Source: an uncultured Actinomycetes bacterium (GTDB lineage: Bacteria > Actinomycetota > Thermoleophilia > UBA2241). From it: DNA of 64,000 bases. The stretch lies in the NCBI GenBank assembly GCA_963755025.1, contig CAVWIH010000024.1:8744-72743 (forward strand), in the 5' to 3' direction. Of the stretch, positions 1 to 10,470 are shown in pieces. The first letter of the stretch is position 1, and every line of letters starts with the position of its first letter. The notes beneath the pieces were generated by a model. That model searched no databases, was not told the DNA's origin, and saw only the letters and a list, made by a program, of their open reading frames with translations. Position numbers and translations under genes: made by a program.

Positions 1-1224
1 GACCTGGAATCCAAGCGACGTCCACCCCTGTGGGAAGTCCATGGTTTGAATGCGCGAACGAACTTCGAGCCATCCTAGAGTCAACGTCGGAAATCTTCAA
101 GGGGGACTCGCGTTGCATTCTCAATGTGAGGCTGGGGCCGTGGGAACCCGTCACACACGAACCCAGAACCCGTCGCCACGAAAACGCCCATTTTCGGGAT
201 TTCACAAGGGCGCCGGGCGGGCAGGGTCGGGCATTCGGCGTTACAGTGATTGACCCCCATACCCCACGTCGACGCGATCAGCGTCTGCGGACCGGGGAGG
301 GGCAATGGTACCTCGGGGTAGGAACCTCCCCGCCGCCGGCGCCGTGTGCGTGCACAGAGAGGACCACTCCGGGCGGCGCCAGCGGCGCGCAGAACGCACA
401 TGGAGAGTTCCAAGACGCGCTGTAGAGTGATGCCAGCAGGTGGCGACCGCAGGGGGAATCGGCATGGACACAGCGTGGCAGGAGACCTTTCTTCACCGCA
501 TGCGGCGCTTCGCGGCGCCACAAGAGCACGAAGAGGACGACGTGCCGGTCTCGATCAAGGTGCGCGTCGCGTCGGGTGTTTTCACCGAGAGCACTCACCG
601 CGTGCCTATCGCATGGTCGACCACTACATGGACGACCTGCGCCCCGACGAAGTTGACTTCGCTCTCGAGGAACACGAGAGCGGTCCCGAGGTCCTGGTCT
701 GGGTCGCGGTCGCGACCGCCGGGATCACGTTAGCGAAGAGCGTCGTCGACCTCATCACGGTCGACTTTCAAGGGCCGCTCCGAAGGGGTAGTGAAGGCCG
801 GCGACCGGCCGTCCCATCCGCTGGAGCTAATCGTTCGCCGAGTAGCAGAAGCGAGGCGTCCGACAGGACCCGTCCTGCGCGGCCACAAGACGACGACGAC
901 GACACGCGATCGATCGAGCGCGTGCTCACCGACGCGCTTCAGCGCCTCCTCGAGCAGCCGAGCGACCAGGGCAGGTAGCGAGAAAGTCGACGGCGAATTC
1001 CCGGTCGCTGGTGAGGTCTCAGAGCGCGCGGGTCGTCGGTTCTGGCTCCAGGCCAGCACTCCGGCGTGCGGCCTGTCCGGTCTGCCGCTCCTGTCGCGCA
1101 GCCGACCATCGTGGTAGCCTCTGCCCGTGGCCGATAACACCCTCTTCTACGGCGACCACCTCGGCGGACTGGTTGGGCATGACGGCGACCGGTTCGTCGA
1201 GCTGTCCGGCTCGGGCTCCTTCTC

Positions 1225-4200
1225 GTGACCACAGGCGCATCGCAGGGCTCCCGGGCCGCTTTCCGTGACTACCTCCAGGAAGTCGCCCGCAATCTCGAAG
1301 CCGGCAACGCCACCGAACACACCCACGGCCCGCACTCCAGGCTCTGCTTCAGGCGCTAGACCCTGGCGTGCGCGCGGTCAACGAGCCTAAACGCGTGGCC
1401 TGCGGCGCACCTGACTACATCGTCACGCGCAACGAGCTCCCTGTCGGCTACGTGGAGGCCAAGGACGTCGGCCGCTCGCTGGACAAGATCGAGCGCAACG
1501 AGCAGCTCAAGCGATACCGCGAGAGCTTGAGCAACCTCATTCTCACTGACTACCTGGAATTCCGCTGGTACCGCGACGGTGAGAGGAAGGATGCGGCGCG
1601 CCTCGCCTGCGTCGGCGACTCTGGCAAGCTACGCTCCGACGGCGAGGGCCAGGCGAAGGTGGCCTCTATGCTCAGTGCCTTCTTTGCACAAGAGCCACCA
1701 ATCGTGGGCAAGCCTGAGGACCTCGCAAGACGCATGGCCTCCTTGGCGCGAACGATTCACGACGTTATCAAACTGGCGTTCGAGACAGACCGCAGCGGCG
1801 GCTCACCGCTACGTGATCAGTTGGAGGGTTTTCGGCGTGTCCTGATCCACGACCTCGACGAAGAGCAGTTCGCCGACATGTACGCACAGACCATTGCTTA
1901 CGGGCTCTTTGCTGCGCGCGTGAACGCCCCGGCCGATGAGCACTTCAGCCGCCAGCACGCCGCCTACGACCTGCCGAAGACGAACCCGTTCCTGCGACAG
2001 ATGTTCGGTCAGATCGCCGGTCCCGAGCTCGACGACCGCATCGTCTGGGTGGTCGACGATCTGGCCGAGCTGCTCGCGCGAGCCCGCATGGACCTCGTGC
2101 TCGCAGACTTCGGCAAACGCACCCGTCAGGAAGATCCTCTGGTTCACTTCTATGAGACCTTCCTGAAAGCCTACGATCCGAAGATGCGCGAAGCGCGCGG
2201 AGTCTATTACACACCCGAGCCGGTGGTCAGCTACATCGTGCGCAGCGTCGACCACATCCTAAAATCCGAGTTCGGCCTGCCCGACGGCCTTGCTGACAAC
2301 TCGTTGATCGAGGTGCCGGTGCCGGGCAAGCCGAAAGAGAAACGCATGGTGCACAGGGTGCAGATTCTTGATCCAGCCTGCGGCACCGGCACCTTCCTCG
2401 CCCAGGTCATCGAAACGATTCGCGACACCGTGGTGACCGAGCATGGCGCCGGTATGTGGCCCGGCTACGTGCACGATCACTTGCTGCCGCGCCTGCACGG
2501 CTTCGAGCTGCTTATGGCGCCCTATGCCATCGCACACCTGAAGCTCGGCCTGCGCCTCAAAGAGACCGGCTATGACATCGAGCAAAGCGAGCGTCTGCGC
2601 GTGTATCTCACGAACTCACTTGAGGAGGCGCACGAGCGCGAGCACGGCCAGCTCACCGGCACGTGGCTGGCCGAAGAGGCTTCACTGCGCGAGCGAAGTC
2701 AAACGCGAGCTGCCGATCATGGTAGTCCCTCGGGAATCCGCCATATTCCGAATAGCTCGCAAAACACGGGCGAGTGGATATCTACTTATCGGTGACTACA
2801 AGCGGGGCCTTGGCGAACGCAAAGTGGAACCTCGACGACGACTACGTGAAGTTCATCCGTTTCGGTCAATGGCGAATTGACCAGACGGGCTCGGGCATCA
2901 TGGCGCTCATAACAAACCATGCGTTTCGCGACAACGCGACGTTCAGGCAGATGAGACGGTCGCTTATGACCTCCTTTGACGGCTTGTCCATCCTTGATTT
3001 GCACGGAGACAGTAGGCGCGGCGAAGCAAGCCCCGATGGACTCCCAGATACGAACGTGTTCGACATCCAGCAGGGAGTGTCAATTGGCCTCTTCGTGAGG
3101 CACGAGCAGAAGCCTCACGGAGGCTGTAAGGTCAGGTTCTCTGAGCTCTGGGGCACCAGGCCGCACAAGTACGAGGTCCTCCTGGCGACTTCCTGCGAAA
3201 GCAGCGAGTGGAGCCCTCTGCAGCCCCGCGAGCCCCAACTACTCCTCAAGCCTCAGGACGACGAGTTGGCAGAGGAGTACTACGGGGCACGCCGGTCACC
3301 GCATCTTCACCGAATACACCGACTGCGATCCAGACTGCGAGAGATTCGCTCGTCGTTGCATTCACTGCCGGCGAGCTTCGATCCAAACTGGGCGCATTTG
3401 TGGACCCGGTGGTCACTGACGAGGAGATACGGGGGCGTTTTGGAGTGGCCGACGGTCGCGGTTGGACGGTCCGAGAGGCACGAAGCGCGCTACGCGATGC
3501 CGGCATTCGCGATGACCTAGAGATGCCCTATTCGTACAGGCCCTACGACCAAAGGGTTGTCTACTACTCGCCAATCGTCGTTGCCTGGCCGCGCAATCGG
3601 ATCGAGCGGCACGTCGCAGGTAGAGCAAATCTAGTGCTGTTGTGCACACGTAACAGCAACAGCCCGTCTGATGGTATTGCTCTCGAAGTCGCGGTCTCGC
3701 CGACAAGAGACTGCTCGGGGTTCGCGTGGTGAGGCGAAGTACATGTACCTGTACAGGTGGGAGTCCGGGTTCGATTCGCCAGCCGGCTTCCAGCCCCCGG
3801 ATGGAAACGCCGCTGGCTCTCCTACGCCCAACCTGGATTCCACGTTCGTGAGGCGTCTTACGGAGGCGACTGGTCTTGAGTTCGTTCCAGCTGGGGCCGG
3901 GGACTGCCAAACAAGCGTTGGGCCTGAAGACATCTTGAACTACATGTTCGCAATTCTGTCGTCGCCGTCATATCGCAACAGATACGCGGACTTCCTGAGG
4001 TCGGATTTCCCTCGTATTCCGCTTACGTCCGATGCCACGCTCCTGCGGCAGCTCTGTCTGCTCGGCTCGCGGCTCGTCGCGCTCCACCTCTCAGAGGCCG
4101 ACGATCTTGTTCCTGGCGCCCGATTCGAAGGGATCGGCACTAATCGGGTCGAGACTATTCGCTACACGGAATCAGTCCAGGGTGGCGAGCACCGGCTGCG

Positions 4201-4432
4201 TGTGGATCAACAGCACCCAGTACTTTCAAGGGGTGCGCCCAATATCTGGGCATTTCACGTGGGCGGCTTTCAGGTTTGTGCCAAGTGGCTCAAAGACCGC
4301 AAGGGCCGTCAGCTCACCTACGACGACCTGGCGCACTACCAGTACATCATCGGCGCACTCGCCGAGACCATCGCGCTCATGCGTGAGATTGACGAGCTGA
4401 TCGATGCCAATGGAGGGTGGCCGATCGGCTGA
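1225..4432 (+). pseudogene. Type IIG / type ISP-like N6-adenine DNA methyltransferase-restriction enzyme, multiply frameshifted
   Basis: The N-terminal block FRDYLQEVARNLEAGNATEHTH shifts frame near 1325-1330 and continues as RPALQALLQALDPGVRAVNEPKRVACGAPDYIV. SAM motif ILDPACGTGTFL lies in ORF 1368..2795. Catalytic GNPPYSE (2732-2752) runs straight into TAG 2753-2755. Family-typical sequence continues in ORFs 2774..3520, 3208..3732 and 3671..4432, in alternating frames. Confidence 0.75.
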
Positions 4433-4513
4433 CGTAGTGTGCCTTGCCAGGGACGGCGAACATCGAGGCAAAGCTCCTAGCCTGTCTCGACCCGGGCACG
4501 TATGATGCCAGCC

Positions 4514-5757
4514 ATGAGCGGGAAGAGTCACCGGCCATCACGAGAACCTTGGGCGCGGAGCTTGGCGACTAGTCGCCAACCTGCCGCCTGTCGTCACTGG
4601 ATGGCAAGCGGCGCTACCCCGCACGACAAAGGTCGTCCACGCGAAGGGCGTTCGGGCAGCCGGTAAGGCCCTCGCCGACTGGCTCGCCGAACTCGAGGCC
4701 CACGACTGCACGGATCCCGATCGCCTGACCGTGGGCGAGGTCCTGCGGCGCTGGCTGGCCGAAGACGCAAAGCGGACGGTGCGCCCGAAAACCTACGAGC
4801 GGTACGAACAGCTCGTTGACAAGCACCTCAAGCCCTCGCTCGGCGCCATGCACGCCGCGGAGCTCACGCCAGCCGACCTCTCGGCTTTCTACGCCGCCAA
4901 ACAGGAAGGCGGTCGTCTCGACGGTCGCGATGGAGGTCTGTCGGCGCAAACGTGCCTTCACATGCACCGCGTCCTTCACCGCGCCTTCCAGTGGGCAGTC
5001 TACGGTGACCTGATGGCGCGCAACCCGGCCACGCGCGTGCGCAAGCCGCCGAGCCCGAGCGGCCCACGGCGCCGCACCTGGACTGACGAGCAGATCGCCG
5101 ACGCGATCGAGCTCGCGCGCGCCCACGATGCTCTACGTGCCGACCGTCCTGGCCGGCTGGGGCGGCCTGCGCCGCGGCGAGATCTGCGGCCTGGTCTGGA
5201 CGACGTCCTCTGGGACGCAAACGCCGTGGTGGTACGCACCTCGGTTGAGCAGACCAAGGACGGTCTCCACGACCTGCCGACCAAGACTCGCGCCGGCGAG
5301 CGCGTGGTCGGGCTGCCCACCAGGCGATCGACGTTCTGCGCGAGCATGCACCCGCCAGGACGAGATGAAGATGGCCAAGGGTCGACGCTGGAACGCTCTC
5401 GGCCGCGTGATTTGCCGCGCCGATGGGTCGCCGATGCCCCCGAATGCGCTCTCGAACCGCTGGTCAGAGTGGGTAGTGCGCAAGAAGCTTGAGCCGCGCA
5501 TCTCCTTCCACGATTTGCGCCATAGCCACGCGACCATCCTCTACCACGCCGGCGTGCGCACCACGACGGTTTCCGAGCGCCTCGGGCATTCGACGCCGGC
5601 GATCACACGCGCCATATACCTGCATGGCACGGAGGCGACAGACCTCGCCGCGGTGACTATTCTCGAGGAGCGCATCAAGGTGGCGCAGATTTCGCACTCG
5701 ATTAGCACTTTGACCTTTGACCCATCAGAGCAGGTCGAAGAAAACTCCTGCAAATAG
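4514..5757 (+). pseudogene. Tyrosine recombinase / phage-type integrase, multiply frameshifted
   Basis: Starts MSGKSH. The arm/core-binding part is in ORF 4731..5492. GLRRGEICGLVW and the catalytic C-terminus HDLRHSHATILYHAGV..ERLGHSTPAITRAIYLH are in ORF 5128..5757. Reading switches frame at least 3-4 times (about 4550, 5125, 5200, 5320-5345). Confidence 0.8.
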
Positions 5758-5763
5758 GCACAT

Positions 5764-5861
5764 GGAGCGGCTTCCGGTCCGGTGACCGGCGCGGTCTTCA
5801 AAACCGTCTGCGGGGCGGTGCTCCCGTCCTGGGTGGGTTCGACTCCCATGCCGCTCCGCCA
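5764..5861 (+). tRNA. selC: tRNA-Sec (anticodon UCA), CCA encoded
   Basis: Hand-folded. 8-bp acceptor stem GGAGCGGC/GCCGCTCC. 6-bp D stem CCGGTC/GACCGG with a 4-nt loop. Anticodon loop CTTCAAA (TCA at 5798-5800). Long variable arm (5811-5826). 5-bp T stem with loop TTCGACT. Discriminator G followed by CCA. This is the classic bacterial 8/5 tRNA-Sec architecture. Confidence 0.9.
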
Positions 5862-6216
5862 GCCAGTGAGGACGCTGATGTCCAACAAGTGAGCTGCGGG
5901 GCAGTGTGAGTCGCTAAGCTGCCCTGCGCTTGCGCGCCGATTGTCCTGTCGCGGCGCAGGCGACGGGGACCTGCGCTGGTCCAAAATGGTAGGCTGTCGC
6001 TGTGAGCCACTCATCCCGCACGCGCGCGAGCAGACCCCGAGCGGCAGCCCGTTGGCTGCCCGGTTGTCAGTGCTGGACCCTGGAGCCCCTCGTTCACATC
6101 TGAGTCGAGCCGCGGGCCAACGTCGCCCTTTGACCGCGTTCCAGCGCCGCAGAACCGCGCTCGCGGCGGCTGCAAGACCTTCTCTTTCGCAGACCCCTTC
6201 GACCAACGGAGTGACC

Positions 6217-7677
6217 ATGACAGACACCGACGGAAACGGCCTTCGCCTTCAGGCCGGGTTTCTCGGCGACGACGACAAGCAGGCCATCTACGACGCCGCG
6301 CTTGAGATCGCCGAAACGGTAGGCATGCGCGTGCACCAGAAAGAAGCGCTCGAGCTGCTGCGCGCCGCCGGCGCCGAGGTGGTCGGCGACGACCTCGTGA
6401 AGCTGCCCCGGCGCCTCGTCGAGCGCGCGCGCTCCACGGCTCCCTCGGTGGTGCCGGTCTTCGACCGCAACGGCGAGCCCGCCATGCGCCTGGGCGGCCG
6501 GCGCAGCTACTTCGGCACCGGCTCCGACCTCATGAACATCTACGACCTCGAGACCGGCGAGCGGCGCCTGTCGGGGCTCGACGACGTGACCCGCGCGGCC
6601 AACCTTTGCGACGGCCTGCCCAACATCGACTTCGTCATGTCGTGCGCCTACCCCAACGACGTCGAAGACCCGCACCAGGCCTACGTGGCCGAGTTTCGCG
6701 CCATGGTCATGGGCACCACCAAGCCCATGGTCGTGACCGCCGAAGGCGTCGACGACCTCGAGGTCATGTGGCAGATCGCCTCCGCGGTGCGGGGCGGCGC
6801 CCAGGCGCTCGTCGAGAAGCCTTACTTCGTCATGTACGGCCAGCCCAGCAGTCCGCTCGAGCACCCGCGCGACAGCCTCGACAAGCTGCTCTTCTGCGCC
6901 GACAAGGGCATTCCCGCGATCTACTCGCCGGCGCCGCTGGCCGGCGCCACCGCGCCGATCACCGTGGCCGGGCACATCGCCCAGGGCACGGCCGAGTCGC
7001 TCTTTGGCCTCGTCATGCACCAGCTCCGCAACCCCGGCGCGCCGTTCCTGTTCGGCATCGGCCCGGCGGTCCTCGACATGGCCACCGCGCAGTCGTCGTA
7101 CAACGCTCCCGAATACCTCATGACCTATCTCGGCGCCATCGAGATGGCGCGCTGGCTCGACCTGCCGAACTGGGGCTACGGCGGCACCAGCGATTCGCAG
7201 CTGGTCGACGCGCAGGCCGGCATGGAAGCCGGCGAGCTCACCCTGCTCGCCATGATGGCCGGCTCCAACTTGAACCACGACGTCGGCTACCTCGACTACG
7301 GCATGACCGGCGCGCTCGAGCTCGTCGTGATCGTCGACGAGTTCGTCGCCATGAACCGCCGTCTGCTCGGCGGCATCACGGTCGACCGCGAGACCCTGGG
7401 GCTCGACGTGATCGCCGCGACCGGCCCCGGCGGCGACTTTCTGTCGACCAAGCACACCGCCAAGCACATGCGCGCGGCGCAGTGGCGCCCGACGATCATG
7501 AACCGCAAGGGCTACGAGCGCTGGACCGAGAGCGACAGCCCCGACCTGCGTGAGGCGGCGCGCCTGAAGGCGCAGCGCCTACTCGCCACGCACGTCGCAC
7601 CGCCGGTCGCCGCCGACGTGGCCGCCACGATCGACGCGCTCGTCGAGGGCTTCGCGCCGGCGGGTCGCCAGGGCTGA
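6217..7677 (+). CDS. MttB-superfamily methyltransferase (non-Pyl), paralogue 1
   Basis: ATG at 6217 is preceded by GGAG. Family blocks present: NIDFVMS, TKPMVV, SPAPLAGATAP, HDVGYLDYG, GPGGDFLS. The ORF is uninterrupted with no in-frame TAG. The upstream part of ORF 5941..7677 looks non-coding. Confidence 0.85.
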   Translation: MTDTDGNGLRLQAGFLGDDDKQAIYDAALEIAETVGMRVHQKEALELLRAAGAEVVGDDLVKLPRRLVERARSTAPSVVPVFDRNGEPAMRLGGRRSYFGTGSDLMNIYDLETGERRLSGLDDVTRAANLCDGLPNIDFVMSCAYPNDVEDPHQAYVAEFRAMVMGTTKPMVVTAEGVDDLEVMWQIASAVRGGAQALVEKPYFVMYGQPSSPLEHPRDSLDKLLFCADKGIPAIYSPAPLAGATAPITVAGHIAQGTAESLFGLVMHQLRNPGAPFLFGIGPAVLDMATAQSSYNAPEYLMTYLGAIEMARWLDLPNWGYGGTSDSQLVDAQAGMEAGELTLLAMMAGSNLNHDVGYLDYGMTGALELVVIVDEFVAMNRRLLGGITVDRETLGLDVIAATGPGGDFLSTKHTAKHMRAAQWRPTIMNRKGYERWTESDSPDLREAARLKAQRLLATHVAPPVAADVAATIDALVEGFAPAGRQG

Positions 7678-7679
7678 CC

Positions 7680-8777
7680 TTGAGCGCTCCGTCTCGACAC
7701 GATGCGCCGGGGCCCGCGAGGGGCCCGGCGCCCGTGGCGCTCCACCCGGCCGCGCTCGGCCCGGAGTTGCGCGCGGCGCTGACCGGGCCGTGCGGCGCTC
7801 CCGAGCTCGCGCTGCCCTGGATCGACCGCTTCTTCGAGCCCGACGAGCTGCGCCTCGTCGCCGTGCTGGCGGCCGGTCCGCTTACGCTGCCGGCCGCCGC
7901 GTCGGCGCTTGGTCGCCCGCTGCCGCCCGAGTTCCTCGAGCGCGCCGTGCGTCGGGCGGTCATCGACCGCCCGACGCACGACACCGTCGCGCTGGCCGAC
8001 TTTGCCTCGCGCTTCGAGGTCTGGACGCTCTTCGAAGGCTGGAAGGACCTGCCTCACGATGTGCGACGCGCCTTGGCCGACTGGTCGCTCGCGCGTTACA
8101 TCGAAGCCAAGCGCCCGCAGGTCGAGAGCCTGCTCGCGGGCGAGGCGCCGCAGCCCGGCCTCGAGAACGCCGAGTACCTGCTGCTGCCCGAAGCCGAGGC
8201 GCTGCTCGCCCGCGCTGCGCACGTCTACCTGTGGCCGTGCGACTGCCGCGCCGCCATGGAACGCTGCCGCAAACCGTCGCTCGTCTGCCTGCGCTTCAAC
8301 AACGACCGCGGCCTGGGCTGGGAGATCTCGCACGAACGCGCCGTCGAGGTGCTGCGCGATGCCGACCGCCACGGCCTCATGCACACCGGCGAGGTCGCCA
8401 CTCCCGGCGAGCTCACGCCGATCACCGCCGGCGCCATCTGCAACTGCTGCGGCGACTGCTGCTTTCCGCAGCTCGCCGCCGACGAGCTCGGCGCCACGCG
8501 GGTCTGGCCGCGGGTACGCTACGTCGCCGAGCGCGACACGGCGACCTGCACGTCGTGCGCGCGCTGCGCGCGCCGTTGCCCGTTCGGGGCCTTCACGGTC
8601 GAGTCCGGTGCGCAGTCCGAAAGCGCCGCGCAGGCCGAAGGCGCCGCGCAGACCAAGGGCGCCGCGCGCCGGTCCGCGCCCGTCACGTTCCACCCCGAGC
8701 TCTGCCGCGGCTGCGGGCTCTGCGCGACCGGCTGCCCCGAAGGCGCCATCACCATGGCGCCGCTGCCCGGCGCCTGA
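7680..8777 (+). CDS. Cys-rich iron-sulfur protein with C-terminal 2x[4Fe-4S] ferredoxin motifs
   Basis: Starts 2 nt after the mttB stop (TTG; exact start uncertain). Contains WPCDCRAAMERCRKPSLVC, CNCCGDCC, CTSCARCARRCP and CRGCGLCATGCP. Three in-frame 18-bp repeats (SESAAQ/AEGAAQ/TKGAAR) lie between the two ferredoxin motifs. Confidence 0.6.
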   Translation: MSAPSRHDAPGPARGPAPVALHPAALGPELRAALTGPCGAPELALPWIDRFFEPDELRLVAVLAAGPLTLPAAASALGRPLPPEFLERAVRRAVIDRPTHDTVALADFASRFEVWTLFEGWKDLPHDVRRALADWSLARYIEAKRPQVESLLAGEAPQPGLENAEYLLLPEAEALLARAAHVYLWPCDCRAAMERCRKPSLVCLRFNNDRGLGWEISHERAVEVLRDADRHGLMHTGEVATPGELTPITAGAICNCCGDCCFPQLAADELGATRVWPRVRYVAERDTATCTSCARCARRCPFGAFTVESGAQSESAAQAEGAAQTKGAARRSAPVTFHPELCRGCGLCATGCPEGAITMAPLPGA

Positions 8778-8918
8778 GGCCGCTCGGCCGGCGCGGTGCG
8801 GCGCGCCGCCCGCCTCGCCGCCGGCGGGCGTCGCTTCGCCGGCACTCTGCGGCGCACGCCTGCCGACCTGAACAGCTCGCGACGCTTCCGCGCCCCGCCG
8901 CCGGGCAATAAAGGTGGC

Positions 8919-10406
8919 ATGACGGTCCTTCTGAGCGGCGCGGCGCTGACTCTCGACGAGCTCGTGCGAGTGGCGCGCGGCGGCGAGGCCGTCGGGCTTG
9001 CGCCCGACGTCGCGCCGCGCATGGCGCGCTCGCGCGCGGCGGTCGACGCGGCGCTCGCGCGCGGCGACGCCGTCTACGGCCTCACGACGGGGGTGGGCGT
9101 GCTCAAGCGCGTGCCGCTGGCCGCCGACGAGGTGGTGCGCTTCAATCGCCGTCTGCTGCAGAACCACCGCGTCGCCCAGGGCGTGCCGGTGGCGCCCGAC
9201 GTGGTGCGCGCCACCATGCTCCGCCTGGCCAACGGCTTCGCCGCCGGTCATGCCGGCGTGCGCTATGAACTGGCCCAGCGCCTGGTCGAGGCGCTCAACC
9301 GCGGCGTCTGCCCGGTGGTGCGCGAGCTGGGCTCGCTCGGCGAATCGGACCTGGCGCCGCTGGCCGACCTGGCGGCCGGCCTGTTCGGCGACCCCGACCT
9401 GGCTGCCGGCGAGGGGCTCGCCGTGCTCAACAACAACGCCTTCTCCACCGCCACGGCCGCCCTCGCCGTGCACGACGCGGGGCGCCTGCTCGACGCCGCC
9501 GACGCCGCCGGCGCGCTCAGCCTCGAGGCGTTCGCCGCCAACCTCACCATCCTGCACCCGGCGATCGTCGCGGCGCGGCCCGACAAAGGCCTCGCGCTGG
9601 CTGTCGGGCGACTGCGCCGCCTGCTCGACGGCAGCTACCTGTGGCGCGAAGGCGCCGCCCGCAACCTGCAGGACCCGCTCACCTTCCGCTCGCTCCCGGG
9701 GGTGCACGGCGCCTGCCACGACGCTCTGGCCTACGTGCGGCAGCGTCTGGCCGTGGAGCTGAACGCCGCCCAGGGGAACCCCCTGGTGGTGCCCGGCGAG
9801 CAGCGCCTGATCTCGGTGGCCAACTTCGAGGTGCTGGCGCTCGCCGCGGCGCTCGACCTTGCGCGCATCGCCCTGGCGCCGCTGCTGACGAGTGCCGACG
9901 AGCGCGTCGTCAAGCTCCTCGAGACGCCCTGGTCGGGGCTGCCCACCGGCCTTGCGGTGGCGCCCGGCACGGCGGAGAGCGGCCTCAGCATCTACGCGAT
10001 CGCCGGCGAGGCCATGACGGCCGAGGCCCGCACGTTGGCGCAGCCGGTCTCGTTCGAGCTGGCGAGCAGCGCCGGCGCCGAGGGCATCGAGGACCGCGCC
10101 ACGATGCTGCCGCTCGGCGCGCGCCGCCTCGCCGCCATGACCGGCCTCGGCGAGCGCATCCTGGCCATCGAGCTGCTGGTGGCCGCCCAAGCGGTGGAGC
10201 TGCGCGGCAGCGGACCGCTGGGGCGCGGCACGCGGCGCGTGTTCGAAGAGGTGCGCGAGCGCGTGCCGTTCGTGGGTCAGGACGATCCCCTGCCGGCCGA
10301 CCTGGACGGCCTGGTCGAGCTCATTCGCGGCGGCGCGCTCGCCGGTTCGATGGGTGTGGCCACGGCGCCGGCTTCGCCCGCGGCGCCCGTGTCGCGCGTG
10401 CCCTGA
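8919..10406 (+). CDS. Histidine/phenylalanine ammonia-lyase-fold protein lacking the MIO-forming Ala-Ser-Gly triad
   Basis: ATG 8919 is preceded by AAAGGTGG. HAL blocks VYGLTTGVG and NLQDPLTFRS are present. The MIO segment reads GSLGESDLAPL (9330..9362) rather than GS.GASGDLAPL. Confidence 0.8.
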   Translation: MTVLLSGAALTLDELVRVARGGEAVGLAPDVAPRMARSRAAVDAALARGDAVYGLTTGVGVLKRVPLAADEVVRFNRRLLQNHRVAQGVPVAPDVVRATMLRLANGFAAGHAGVRYELAQRLVEALNRGVCPVVRELGSLGESDLAPLADLAAGLFGDPDLAAGEGLAVLNNNAFSTATAALAVHDAGRLLDAADAAGALSLEAFAANLTILHPAIVAARPDKGLALAVGRLRRLLDGSYLWREGAARNLQDPLTFRSLPGVHGACHDALAYVRQRLAVELNAAQGNPLVVPGEQRLISVANFEVLALAAALDLARIALAPLLTSADERVVKLLETPWSGLPTGLAVAPGTAESGLSIYAIAGEAMTAEARTLAQPVSFELASSAGAEGIEDRATMLPLGARRLAAMTGLGERILAIELLVAAQAVELRGSGPLGRGTRRVFEEVRERVPFVGQDDPLPADLDGLVELIRGGALAGSMGVATAPASPAAPVSRVP

Positions 10407-10470
10407 ACCGGGCTCGCCGACGATCGCGGCTCACGGCCGACGACCGCGGCCCAATGCCGCCGGGTCAGGG

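Noticed and set aside
346-1140. ORFs 346..978, 440..733 and 791..1117 as real genes
   Set aside because: Protein-like stretches (MDTAWQETFLHRM.., DDLRPDEVDFALEEHESGPEVLVWVAVATAGITLAKSVVDLI.., ..IERVLTDALQRLLEQP) hop between frames. I could not assign a family or a consistent reading frame, so they are probably decayed island genes.
5941-6216. N-terminal extension of mttB paralogue 1 (ORF track start 5941)
   Set aside because: The extension is Arg/Ala/Pro-rich and has no homology to the other paralogues. ATG 6217 has a GGAG RBS and aligns with the family N-termini.
5862-6216. Cobalamin or other riboswitch upstream of mttB genes (also 10771..11265 and 25728..26215)
   Set aside because: I looked for the B12-box and GGTG..AA..CC core and found nothing convincing. 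Only generic GC-rich hairpins are present. An Infernal scan is needed before any claim.
7512-10190. 892-aa ORF on the minus strand
   Set aside because: It is antisense to the Fe-S protein and lyase genes. The composition is Arg/Gly/Ala-dominated with no recognisable motif. This is the typical stop-free antisense frame of very GC-rich coding DNA.
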